Positions 28,204 to 37,273 of a DNA stretch of 64,000 nt are shown here, in pieces. The notes below the pieces were generated by a model that worked only from the letters and a program-made list of their open reading frames with translations, was not told where the DNA came from and searched no databases. The stretch spans positions 2,894,076 through 2,958,075 of the forward strand of contig OZ255719.1 in NCBI GenBank assembly GCA_965277245.1, in the 5' to 3' direction. Each line of letters opens with the position of its first letter. The stretch's first letter is position 1. This DNA is from Mucilaginibacter sp. Its GTDB lineage: Bacteria; Bacteroidota; Bacteroidia; Sphingobacteriales; Sphingobacteriaceae. Made by a program: the position numbers and the translations under genes.

Positions 28204-30405
28204 CTATCCTGCACCTTGCGATTCGAGCAATTTTTTTCGCTCCTTGTCAAGCCTCTTTTGTTCTTTTTTTAGCTCTTTCATGCGTTTTTTTTCAGCCTTA
28301 ACGCTATCGGCGTTATCAGATTTTTTTGGTGGGCTAACGGCCGTTGTATCCTTTTTGCCCCCGCCAAATAACCGCTGCAGAAAATTTGGTTTCTTCTCTT
28401 CTTTCTCCACTATAACCGGCGGCACAGGCACCACACCGGTTTGGTCATCATCATCGGCAGGCTGTTTCATAAGGCTGTCTATTGCGGCGGGATTGGTATC
28501 TACAGATGGTGCAGGCCGCAAACTTTGCTTAACACGCACGGTATAAAAGCCGTAAGCACTTGTATCGGGGTCGGTAAGGCCATTCTTCGCCATTAGCCGC
28601 CCAATAAGGTTAAAGTAGCCATGTAAGCCGGGCCGCAGAGAGCCGTCGGATAGGAACGCATATAGTCCCGATTTTGGTTTAGGTACTATACTGGCCAGAT
28701 AAATACTCTGGCCAAGGGTAAGTTCGGATGGGTTCTCTTCAAAATAATAATGTGACGCTTCGCCAATCCCATATACATTGCGGCCCCATTCAATAATATT
28801 GAAATAAACTTCCAGCATCCGGTTTTTACTCATAATGCCGGTGTTATTTATCATCCACACGATAAGGGTTTCTTCTATTTTGCGGGCCAGGGTTTTTTGC
28901 CGGCTGAGGTAAGCATTTTTAACCAGCTGCATTGAAATGGTACTGCCACCGCGTTTAAACTTTTTCTCTTTAAAATCGGTAGCGATAGACTTACGCAGGG
29001 CTTCTTCTACAAAGCCATTGTTGCGATAAAAAGAAGGGTCTTCGGCAGTCATAACCGCATTGCGCAGATTTGGAGAAATATTTTCAAGCGTGGTATAGTT
29101 AGGGTTTGATGGCCCTATAATGCGCGAAGGCATAGGCTTACCGTTTTCGTAAGGCGTGTATACAAACTCGTGATTAAGCCTGTCGAAATCGGTTTTACCG
29201 TATTTAATTACCTTAAAATTTTCTCTATCCAGCCTTGAATCAAATTTCAGATCATCGGGATCTTTAGTATCAAGGTAAAAATTAAGTTTATAATTAAGCT
29301 TACCGGTAACCTGCATCCCATCCAGCGACTCAAACATACCTTTCGGGAAAGAATTCCATACATTTTGCGCATCTATCCATCCTGTACTCATTTTTAACTC
29401 ATAAATCTTATTAGGCCTAACGGTGTACTTAATATAAGGTTTAGCAACAATATCTTTCAGTTTAATGACCGAAGAACTATCTACAGAAATGTAGCTTTCG
29501 CCTACAAAAAGATTGGCATCTATACTTGCCTGGGGTACTATAATGTCATTTGCAGACAGTGCCGGGTGGTTCATCAATAAATTGCGTATAGAAGAGTAGG
29601 CATAAATACGTGTTTCACCACCGCTGGTCTCCACCTTTTTTAGTTTAGTGGTAAGGGTATCGAAATTAAGTTTTAGCTTGAATTTTTTTTCAATGAGCGG
29701 CAATTCAACCTTTTTACCATCGGCATAAAGTTTAACATCGATATTCTTGTCAGACGGGTGCATGATACCTGCAAAATGCCAGATAGATTCGCCGTTGTTT
29801 ACGTTTATGGTAGAAGTGAGTTTCCCGTCATTTATACGGGCAGCGGTCATGGCCAGCTTCACCTGGTTGCTATCATCTGCGAAGGTGATATTAAAGTTTT
29901 TGAGGTTGAGGTTATCCGGAATTTTATAAAGAATATCGTTAACAACATTGTTGGCTAACTCACCCAGATCAACCTTTGATTTAGTGGTTGTTGAATCCCT
30001 TTTCTTTTTAAATAAAAAATCGAAGTTACGTACACCGTTTTTGCTGGTTAGGTTTACAAAACCGTTTTGGAGGCTAACATCAGATAATTTAACATTGCCA
30101 AATATTAGCGGGAGCAATTTTACACTTACCTCAAAAGTATTAATGCGCAATAAACTATCACGTTGAAAAGGTACGATGCTGATGCCCGCGAATGATACGG
30201 TGCTAAAGCCCGTAAAGTGAGCCCCTCCAATCTTTACATCTAAATTATACTCGCGTTTGGCTTTTGCCTTAGCTTTGGCAATCATACTTTGAAGCAGCGT
30301 TTCGCGCTTTGAATAAGCAACTACCCCCCCTACAATCAGCACAATTATTAACGATGCAAAAACAATAAGGGCAATACGGATATACTTTGGGTTAGGGCGA
30401 TGCAT
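28204..30405 (-). CDS. biosynthetic peptidoglycan transglycosylase (GT51) with long N-terminal region
   Basis: 'AEDPSFY.N.G', 'RGGSTISMQLVKN', 'RK..E', 'YFNIIEWG..VYG'; no transpeptidase motifs seen. Confidence 0.88.
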   Translation of the reverse strand: MHRPNPKYIRIALIVFASLIIVLIVGGVVAYSKRETLLQSMIAKAKAKAKREYNLDVKIGGAHFTGFSTVSFAGISIVPFQRDSLLRINTFEVSVKLLPLIFGNVKLSDVSLQNGFVNLTSKNGVRNFDFLFKKKRDSTTTKSKVDLGELANNVVNDILYKIPDNLNLKNFNITFADDSNQVKLAMTAARINDGKLTSTINVNNGESIWHFAGIMHPSDKNIDVKLYADGKKVELPLIEKKFKLKLNFDTLTTKLKKVETSGGETRIYAYSSIRNLLMNHPALSANDIIVPQASIDANLFVGESYISVDSSSVIKLKDIVAKPYIKYTVRPNKIYELKMSTGWIDAQNVWNSFPKGMFESLDGMQVTGKLNYKLNFYLDTKDPDDLKFDSRLDRENFKVIKYGKTDFDRLNHEFVYTPYENGKPMPSRIIGPSNPNYTTLENISPNLRNAVMTAEDPSFYRNNGFVEEALRKSIATDFKEKKFKRGGSTISMQLVKNAYLSRQKTLARKIEETLIVWMINNTGIMSKNRMLEVYFNIIEWGRNVYGIGEASHYYFEENPSELTLGQSIYLASIVPKPKSGLYAFLSDGSLRPGLHGYFNLIGRLMAKNGLTDPDTSAYGFYTVRVKQSLRPAPSVDTNPAAIDSLMKQPADDDDQTGVVPVPPVIVEKEEKKPNFLQRLFGGGKKDTTAVSPPKKSDNADSVKAEKKRMKELKKEQKRLDKERKKLLESQGAG

Positions 30406-30526
30406 CTGAAAAATTTAGCCAAACATAAATAAAATGTTATGCCTGAAAACGGAATTAGGGAATGTTTTATTTCGTTAACAAACTGATGCAGCCGCTGTTT
30501 TTATAAATTTGCCCTTTAATTATTAT

Positions 30527-31606
30527 ATGAACATTACCCGCGAACAAGTATTGCAAGCCCTGGGCAACGTTGAGGAGCCCGATCTTAAAAAAGACCTGGT
30601 TACGCTTAATATGATACAGGATATAAAAATAGATGGCAGCAACCTTAGTTTTTCTGTTATACTTACAACTCCTGCCTGCCCGCTAAAGGCGCTGATAGAA
30701 AACGCATGCCGTAACGCAATTAGTCATTTTATAAGTAAAGATGTTGTGGTGACTATTAATATGACCTCGCAGGTTACCACGCAGCAAAATAATGGTTTGC
30801 CGGGCGTAAAAAACATTATTGCGGTGGCATCTGGTAAAGGCGGCGTTGGCAAATCAACCGTTGCGGTTAATTTGGCATTGGGGCTTGCTCAAAAGGGAGC
30901 GAAGGTTGGCCTGATAGATGCCGATATTTATGGCCCTTCTTTGCCAATTATGTTCGGATTAGAGGGTGCTAAACCCAAAGCAAGCCAGGTAGACGGGAAA
31001 ACAAGGATAGAACCCATAGAAAAATACGGAATTAAATTGCTGTCGATAGGTTTTTTTACAGACCCTAATCAACCCGTGCCATGGCGTGGGCCTATGGTAT
31101 CTACCGCGGTTAAGCAGTTATTTAACGATGCCGACTGGGGAGAACTGGACTACCTTGTTGTAGACCTGCCGCCCGGCACGGGCGATATACACATTACGGT
31201 TACGCAAAGCTTCCCTATTACCGGTGCCGTAATTGTTACTACACCGCAAAATGTAGCCCTGGCAGATGCGCGCAAAGGTGTAGGCATGTTTATGATGAAT
31301 GCCATTAATGTACGTATTTTAGGTGTGGTAGAAAACATGAGCTATTTTACCCCGGCAGAATTGCCCGATAACAGGTATTATATTTTTGGGCAGGGTGGCG
31401 GCCAAAAACTTGCAGATCAAATTAGTGCGCCCTTTTTAGGAGAAATACCGTTATTAAAAAGTGTTAGCGACTCCGGAGATGCCGGTAAGCCTCTGATATT
31501 ACAGCATGACAACCCGGTGGCACATGCTTTTTTAAACATTGCAGAACGCGTAGCGCAGCAGATATCTATTTGCAATGCCGGTATTTCAAATAAAGTAATT
31601 AATTAA
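30527..31606 (+). CDS. apbC: Mrp/NBP35 (ApbC) Fe-S cluster carrier ATPase
   Basis: N-terminal DUF59-like 'LTTPACPLK', 'GKGGVGKST', 'WRGPM', 'VDLPPGTGD'. Confidence 0.93.
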   Translation: MNITREQVLQALGNVEEPDLKKDLVTLNMIQDIKIDGSNLSFSVILTTPACPLKALIENACRNAISHFISKDVVVTINMTSQVTTQQNNGLPGVKNIIAVASGKGGVGKSTVAVNLALGLAQKGAKVGLIDADIYGPSLPIMFGLEGAKPKASQVDGKTRIEPIEKYGIKLLSIGFFTDPNQPVPWRGPMVSTAVKQLFNDADWGELDYLVVDLPPGTGDIHITVTQSFPITGAVIVTTPQNVALADARKGVGMFMMNAINVRILGVVENMSYFTPAELPDNRYYIFGQGGGQKLADQISAPFLGEIPLLKSVSDSGDAGKPLILQHDNPVAHAFLNIAERVAQQISICNAGISNKVIN

Positions 31607-31631
31607 GTACCTTTACTATAATATTAATTAA

Positions 31632-31910
31632 ATGAGTTTATTAGATCAGGTGGAGGCAGCTTTAGACACTATTCGCCCGTATTTGGAGGCAGATGGGGGG
31701 AATGTTTCTGTGGAAGAGATAACCGTAGATAATGTTGTTAAACTTAAACTTTTAGGTTCTTGCGGCTCCTGCCCTATGAGCATCATGACCTTAAAAGCTG
31801 GGATAGAGCAAGCCATTAAGAGAGAAGTACCGCAAATCGTATCTATAGAAGCCGTTAATTTAACCGATATAGACGACCCTAACGCCGTACTCCCCGAAAA
31901 TTTAAGATAG
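31632..31910 (+). CDS. NifU/Nfu C-terminal domain protein
   Basis: 'IRPYLEADGGNV', 'GSCGSCPMS' (CxxC). Confidence 0.92.
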   Translation: MSLLDQVEAALDTIRPYLEADGGNVSVEEITVDNVVKLKLLGSCGSCPMSIMTLKAGIEQAIKREVPQIVSIEAVNLTDIDDPNAVLPENLR

Positions 31911-32026
31911 TGTTAAGTTTTGTTAAATAAACCGCGCATTACAATGCAAGGCGGTATTTTTGCGTTCTCTGTAAAACCAATTTACCCCATAAAAGTTAAA
32001 AAAGTGGCAAAGCCATATTAAAAGAA

Positions 32027-32668
32027 ATGAAGCATTTAGCGGGCCTGTTATTTTTTGCGGTATTTTTTTGCTTTGCTGCCCGCGCGCAAAAGCAGGAAGC
32101 ACCACTTGTGCAATTTTCGGGTCTAATTACCAATGCAGATAGTAATAAGGTGATCGTGCCTTACGTAAACATAGACAATGCATCATCCCATAACCAGTTA
32201 AACATGGCTAACTTTAAAGGTTACTTCTCTTTTGTGGTGCATGAGGGCGATAGCATAAAATTTACCAGCGTTGGTTATGAGCCGCTTACCGTTGTAATAC
32301 CTTCGGGCAATGGTAAAAGCTATACGGCTATGATCCATATGAAGCCGCAAACTATTTATTTACCGCTGGTGCGTGTTTTTCCATGGGCCACAACAGACGA
32401 GTTTCGTAAGGACTTTTTGACGATGAAGGTGGCAGATGACGACCTGGAAAATGCCCGTAAAAATTTAAGCCGAAGCTCTATCATGGCTATGGAGAGCACC
32501 CTGCCGCGCGACGGACAGGAGATACAATCTTTTAACGCCCAGCAAATGCACATGAGCATTGTAAATCAGCATTCGCTTACGCCCAATCCCCTGCTTAACC
32601 CTATTGCCTGGGGCACACTTATTAAGCAAATTGCCGACGGCGATAAAAGCCGGAAAAGCGATAATTAG
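32027..32668 (+). CDS. secreted hypothetical protein (carboxypeptidase-regulatory-like domain)
   Basis: Signal peptide; 'VQFSGLI', 'GYFSFVV..GD.I.FTSVGY', 'NPLLNPIAWG'. Confidence 0.75.
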   Translation: MKHLAGLLFFAVFFCFAARAQKQEAPLVQFSGLITNADSNKVIVPYVNIDNASSHNQLNMANFKGYFSFVVHEGDSIKFTSVGYEPLTVVIPSGNGKSYTAMIHMKPQTIYLPLVRVFPWATTDEFRKDFLTMKVADDDLENARKNLSRSSIMAMESTLPRDGQEIQSFNAQQMHMSIVNQHSLTPNPLLNPIAWGTLIKQIADGDKSRKSDN

Positions 32669-33234
32669 CGGCCTTTCTTAACTGCCGGGAACTTCATTTT
32701 ATAATCTACTTTAACAATCCCTTTAGATATATCGGTAAGGCGTTTTTCTATTAAACGTTTACGGAGCGGGCTTAACTTATCTGTAAAAAGCCGCCCCTCT
32801 ATATGGTCATACTCATGCTGGATAACCCGGGCCGCTAACCCCTTAAAAGTATCTTCATGATGCTCCCAGTTTTCGTCGAAATAGCTAATAGTTATAACGG
32901 GTTTACGCGAAACATCCTCGCGAACGTCGGGAATACTGAGGCAGCCCTCATTAAAAGCCCATTCCTCCCCGGTTTCTTCAATAATTTCGGCATTGATAAA
33001 AGCTTTTCTAAAGTTAGCCAGTTCGGGTTCGTCGTCATCAAATGGCGATGCATCTACAACAAATAAGCGTTTAGACAAACCCACCTGCGGGGCAGCAAGG
33101 CCTACGCCCTTTGCGGCATACATGGTATCGAACATGTTGGCAACAATCTCTTTCAGCTCAACATCGCCTTCTTCAAAGTCGGCAGCCTTACGCCTTAAAA
33201 CCGGATCACCATATGCTACAATAGGAAGTTTCAT
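32665..33234 (-). CDS. def: peptide deformylase
   Basis: 'GVGLAAPQVG', 'EGCLSIP', 'QHEYDHIEG'. Confidence 0.97.
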   Translation of the reverse strand: MKLPIVAYGDPVLRRKAADFEEGDVELKEIVANMFDTMYAAKGVGLAAPQVGLSKRLFVVDASPFDDDEPELANFRKAFINAEIIEETGEEWAFNEGCLSIPDVREDVSRKPVITISYFDENWEHHEDTFKGLAARVIQHEYDHIEGRLFTDKLSPLRKRLIEKRLTDISKGIVKVDYKMKFPAVKKGR

Positions 33235-33342
33235 GGGGCAAAATTAAGAAATTTAGTTAATAGAGGGAAAAAACCACGTACAAGCCGAAGCTGCCAGTAC
33301 ACTTTGTAAAGTACTAATGTGTTATATTGAATAATAAAACAC

Positions 33343-33571
33343 CTGACAAAAAAATAATTATCGAGCGTACGTTAAGCGCAATTAATCAGCTGCCTGAAAA
33401 GAGGCAGAAGAAATTTCTGATTTAGCAGATTTTATTATCAAGCGTCATGAGAAACAACAGATTTCTGACGGAATAAAGCAAATGACAACCGAAAGTAATG
33501 CATTTGATTTTTTTAATAATGAAGAAGACCTCTATTCAGAAACCAACCTGAAAGAAATTTATAATGCCTAA
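33343..33571 (+). pseudogene. frameshifted antitoxin-like gene upstream of PemK/MazF toxin remnant
   Basis: Joined frames read ..IIIERTLSAINQLPEK/AEEISDLADFIIKRHEKQQISDGIKQMTTESNAFDFFNNEEDLYSETNLKEIYNA*. No intact start; the stop overlaps the toxin ATG (ATGCCTAA). Confidence 0.6.
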
Positions 33572-33880
33572 GAGAGACATTGTTCTTATCACGTTCCCAT
33601 TTACAGATTTGAGCGGAGTAAAACTTCGGCCAGCAGTCGTTTCTGATTGATTCACCTCTTGATTTTACGGTTAGCTTTATTACTACGCAATTACAATGGC
33701 AAGAGGCAACCGATGTGCTACTATCACCGAATTTAAATAATGGCTTGAAGAGGATTTCATTAACTAGAGGGTAGTAAGATTGCAACTCTTTACAGAAATT
33801 TAGCTAAAGGACTTCTTGGTGAATATGTATTCAAATGAAATAGCTCTCTTAACATTAATTGGAAGAAGTTATTAGTTTAG
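33564..33880 (+). pseudogene. PemK/MazF-family toxin, multiply frameshifted
   Basis: MPKRDIVLITFPFTDLSGVKLRPAVV/LIDSPLDFTVSFITT..NGLKRISLTRG/SKIATL. 'FPFTD..K.RPAVV' is the PemK signature; shifts at about 33642, 33772 and 33830. Confidence 0.75.
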
Positions 33881-33881
33881 C

Positions 33882-35114
33882 TTAATTGTCTCCGGGTTCA
33901 AAAACCAAGGTCGTCATTTGCTTATCGTCAAATATCTCATTACCTATCTCGAATAAATCGTCAGCGGTTACGGCGTTTATTTTGGCAATCACTTCATTCA
34001 ACGAATCAATATGGTTAAAATCAAGCAAGCTTTTAGCCATAGATATAATAAGGCCTATACGGTTCTCTTCTGCAAGTGCTATTTGCCCGTTAAATTTTTG
34101 TTTTGCCTGATGGAGCTGCAACGTGCCAAGTTTTTTATCGCGCAGTTTTTTAAGCTCTTTATATACCAGCTGCATAGCGCGGTCGGCCTTTTCTGCATCA
34201 GTACCGTAGTAAATTGTAAAAATTCCGGTATCGGTTAAGGGTACGTAGCTCGATTCAATAGTATAAGCAATACCGTATTTCTCTCTGATTTCCATATTTA
34301 ACCGGTTGCTCATGCCCATGCCGCCTAACACATTGTTTAGTAATAACAGCCCGCTTTTGTAGTGATGGTTTGAAGGATAAGCCTGTAAGCCCATTACACA
34401 ATGTGTTTGCGAGATCGCTTTTTGTGAGCGAATATTTTCGGGCAGGCCAATTGCGGGTTTTATACGGTTTTTTGCGGCATTGTTAACCGGGATACTGCCG
34501 AAATATTTACCGGCCAGTTTAACCAGCTTTTTAAAATCATAATCGCCGGCTACGCCAATAATAATTTGTGATGTATTGTAATTAGCAGCTATAAACCTGG
34601 TTGCATCATCGCGCTTAATAGCATTTACTGTATCGGGTGTGCCTAAAATATTGCCGCCTAAAATATGCCCTTTAAACAGCAAGCCTTCAAAATCATCCTG
34701 GATGGCTTCTTCAGGCTGATCGATGTAGGAGGCTATTTCATCCAGTATCACACCGCGCTCTTTTTCAATCTCTTCTTTCGGAAAAGTAGAGTGAAAAACA
34801 ATGTCCTCAAAAAGATCGATGGTGCGCTCCAGGTGCTCTTTTAAGAACGAGGCATGTATACAGGTATATTCTTTGGTAGTATAAGCATTAAGATCTGCGC
34901 CTATTAACTCCAGGCGGTTTAAAATTTGCGAAGTGTTACGCCGCGCTGTTTCCTTAAAAAGTAAATGCTCTATAAAATGTGCTAAACCTTCCTGCTCCGG
35001 ATGTTCATCCCGGGAGCCCGCATTTACCAGAAAACAGCAATGCCCAATTGCCGATTTTACAGGATGGTGAAGCAGGCGTATGCCATTAGGTAAGGTATAA
35101 ACCTGATATTCCAT
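33882..35114 (-). CDS. M16 family zinc peptidase
   Basis: 'GSRDE', 'GLAHFIEHLLFK' (HxxEH), 'NAYTTKEYT'. Confidence 0.93.
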   Translation of the reverse strand: MEYQVYTLPNGIRLLHHPVKSAIGHCCFLVNAGSRDEHPEQEGLAHFIEHLLFKETARRNTSQILNRLELIGADLNAYTTKEYTCIHASFLKEHLERTIDLFEDIVFHSTFPKEEIEKERGVILDEIASYIDQPEEAIQDDFEGLLFKGHILGGNILGTPDTVNAIKRDDATRFIAANYNTSQIIIGVAGDYDFKKLVKLAGKYFGSIPVNNAAKNRIKPAIGLPENIRSQKAISQTHCVMGLQAYPSNHHYKSGLLLLNNVLGGMGMSNRLNMEIREKYGIAYTIESSYVPLTDTGIFTIYYGTDAEKADRAMQLVYKELKKLRDKKLGTLQLHQAKQKFNGQIALAEENRIGLIISMAKSLLDFNHIDSLNEVIAKINAVTADDLFEIGNEIFDDKQMTTLVFEPGDN

Positions 35115-35179
35115 AATTAAAGTGTAAAGATACTGTTATTTGGAAGCATAGCTTTAGTGTTATAAGTAGCTTTGGTAAT

Positions 35180-35725
35180 ATGAAAGTTAAAGTTGCCGAC
35201 CTTGAATTTGAGACCCTTATAAAACACGATGTTATTTATGACCGCATAGCAGCTTTGGGTGAACAAATAAACAGCGGGTACCGCGGTTTAAACCCGATCT
35301 TGTTGGGGGTATTGAACGGCAGTTTTATTTTCGCGGCCGATCTCATGCGGCAGATAGAAACACCCTGCGAGATTACTTTTATGAAACTGGCGTCATACTT
35401 TGGCGGCACGGCAAGCACACGCAATTTAAGGAGCGACATTGAATTAAGCGTAAATATCTCTGGCCGCCACGTAATTGTTGTAGAAGATATCATAGATTCG
35501 GGAAATACGCTTGCCTACCTTGTGGAGCAGTTGAAGTTTTTACACCCGGCATCGTTAAAGGTTTGCACCCTGCTATCTAAACCCGATGCCATTGAGGTTG
35601 ACATTGAGGAGCTGGCTTATGTTGGCTTTGAGATAGAGAATGAGTTTGTAGTTGGCTACGGGCTTGACTATAAAGAGTTGGGGCGGAATTTAAAAGATAT
35701 TTACAGGCTGGTAGGGGAAAACTAA
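35180..35725 (+). CDS. hpt: hypoxanthine phosphoribosyltransferase
   Basis: 'GVLNGSFIF', 'VIVVEDIIDSGNT', 'FVVGYGLDY'. Confidence 0.95.
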   Translation: MKVKVADLEFETLIKHDVIYDRIAALGEQINSGYRGLNPILLGVLNGSFIFAADLMRQIETPCEITFMKLASYFGGTASTRNLRSDIELSVNISGRHVIVVEDIIDSGNTLAYLVEQLKFLHPASLKVCTLLSKPDAIEVDIEELAYVGFEIENEFVVGYGLDYKELGRNLKDIYRLVGEN

Positions 35726-35740
35726 CTATGTTTCTTTAAT

Positions 35741-36186
35741 TTACTTACGTGTATTAAGTGCATCCAAAGCGTTCTGCTGGGTTATAAATGCGCCGTTATT
35801 ACTGCGATAAATAAAAATATGGGAACAGCAGGATAATTACTGCCCCCCGGATAAGAATTGATAGACTGCTTTGTGCTTAACGTTAAAAGCGGTGTTTTTA
35901 AAGGGCACAAATCATTTAAATTAGCATTACAGCAACTGTCGCAGTTGTAAGGCCCGGTTCCTTTTCGGCATTTAACCTTCACAGCATTTATCTCTGTCCC
36001 AAAATCGGTGCCTCTTATAACCAGTGTAGACCGGTGATACCGCTCGTTGCCGCAATGCTTGTTATCGTAGCATCGGCAGTGATGTTAATCGGGGACGCTA
36101 CCGGTGCAGGCGTGCTCTTACTGCCAGAACATCCGTTAACAAGCAATAATCCAACATAATGAGTAATGGATATCTGAATTTTTCAA
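35741..36186 (-). pseudogene. decayed lipoprotein with IPT/TIG domain
   Basis: Joined frames read KIQISITHYVGLLLVNGC-SGSKSTPAPV..ATITSIAATSGITG/TLVIRGTDFGTEINAVKVK. Lipobox plus TIG motif; frameshift at about 36029 and further stops. Confidence 0.55.
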
Positions 36187-36234
36187 TTATATCAATGCTG
36201 TTATAACGCAACGCGGGCTTTATGCCAATTGCGC

Positions 36235-37011
36235 CTAATCAAAATTATCATACATAGCCGTTTTACCGGCCTTGCCTAGTTTTCTGTATAGAGCCTGTTT
36301 TACCGGCGCCAAAAACCCTAAATAATCTTTAAATAAATGAACAGAAACCATGCGGGTACTTTCAAATAAATGTTTCTGGCTTTCATTAATCCTCACATCT
36401 TTATTGGGCTGATGCGGATCTGTTTTAATTATGGCAAAGCCGCCCCACATTTCCCTGTAAGTATCATTATGCCAAAATGAACCGGTTATATAATCAAGTT
36501 CAACATAATTAACTGCAGGGTATTGGGCATAGTTAACAGACTTAATACCTTTGCGGCATTGCGGATTGAAACTATCGTGCATTATTATAGTTAGCGGGTT
36601 TTTATGCGGATAAGATAAAACCTTATTAAGATCGCCGCTAACGCCCTTCTTTGTATGATCTCCGTCTATTAAAATAAATTCTAGCCTTTTACCGCTGTTT
36701 TCAATTTCTTTAAAAATTTCATGGAGCACATCATGCGCCTGGGCAACCCGAAAATCAACGTTGGAAAATTTGTTTTGCAAAAAAGATTTAGGAGCGGCGC
36801 TAATATCAATCGAGTAAACCTTTTCCGATTGTTTGCTGATTACCTGTAAGCTGCCACCTTTATACGTGCCTATTTCAATAGAAACCTGAGGTTTTATAGT
36901 TTCCAGTAAATTAATTAAACAATATTTTTCTGCCCTGGACATTTGCCATTCGAGTTGCGGGTCTGGAATAAATGCAGTGAAGAATGGGGTGCCGATATTT
37001 ACTTTAGTCAT
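36235..37011 (-). CDS. class I SAM-dependent methyltransferase (Methyltransf_24-like)
   Basis: 'IEIGTYKGGS', 'FILIDGDHT..GV..D', 'MHD'. Confidence 0.8.
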   Translation of the reverse strand: MTKVNIGTPFFTAFIPDPQLEWQMSRAEKYCLINLLETIKPQVSIEIGTYKGGSLQVISKQSEKVYSIDISAAPKSFLQNKFSNVDFRVAQAHDVLHEIFKEIENSGKRLEFILIDGDHTKKGVSGDLNKVLSYPHKNPLTIIMHDSFNPQCRKGIKSVNYAQYPAVNYVELDYITGSFWHNDTYREMWGGFAIIKTDPHQPNKDVRINESQKHLFESTRMVSVHLFKDYLGFLAPVKQALYRKLGKAGKTAMYDNFD

Positions 37012-37273
37012 GTTTTTATGTTCTGTAATACCGTAAATAAATCTTTAATTACCGGTAGAATTACCAGCGGAAGTTACTGTTGTAGGCAGGCCCACACCTT
37101 GTATCCATCCTGCTACGGCACATTTATAATAGACAAATGTAAGAACAATACACAAATTAATAACTTACACGGCTATTTAATTACATACGTCTCTAACACG
37201 CATTTTGACTATTCAACCATTTATGGCGGCTTAATTTATGTACCTGTGTTGTTACTTTTGCATACAAGCGTAA

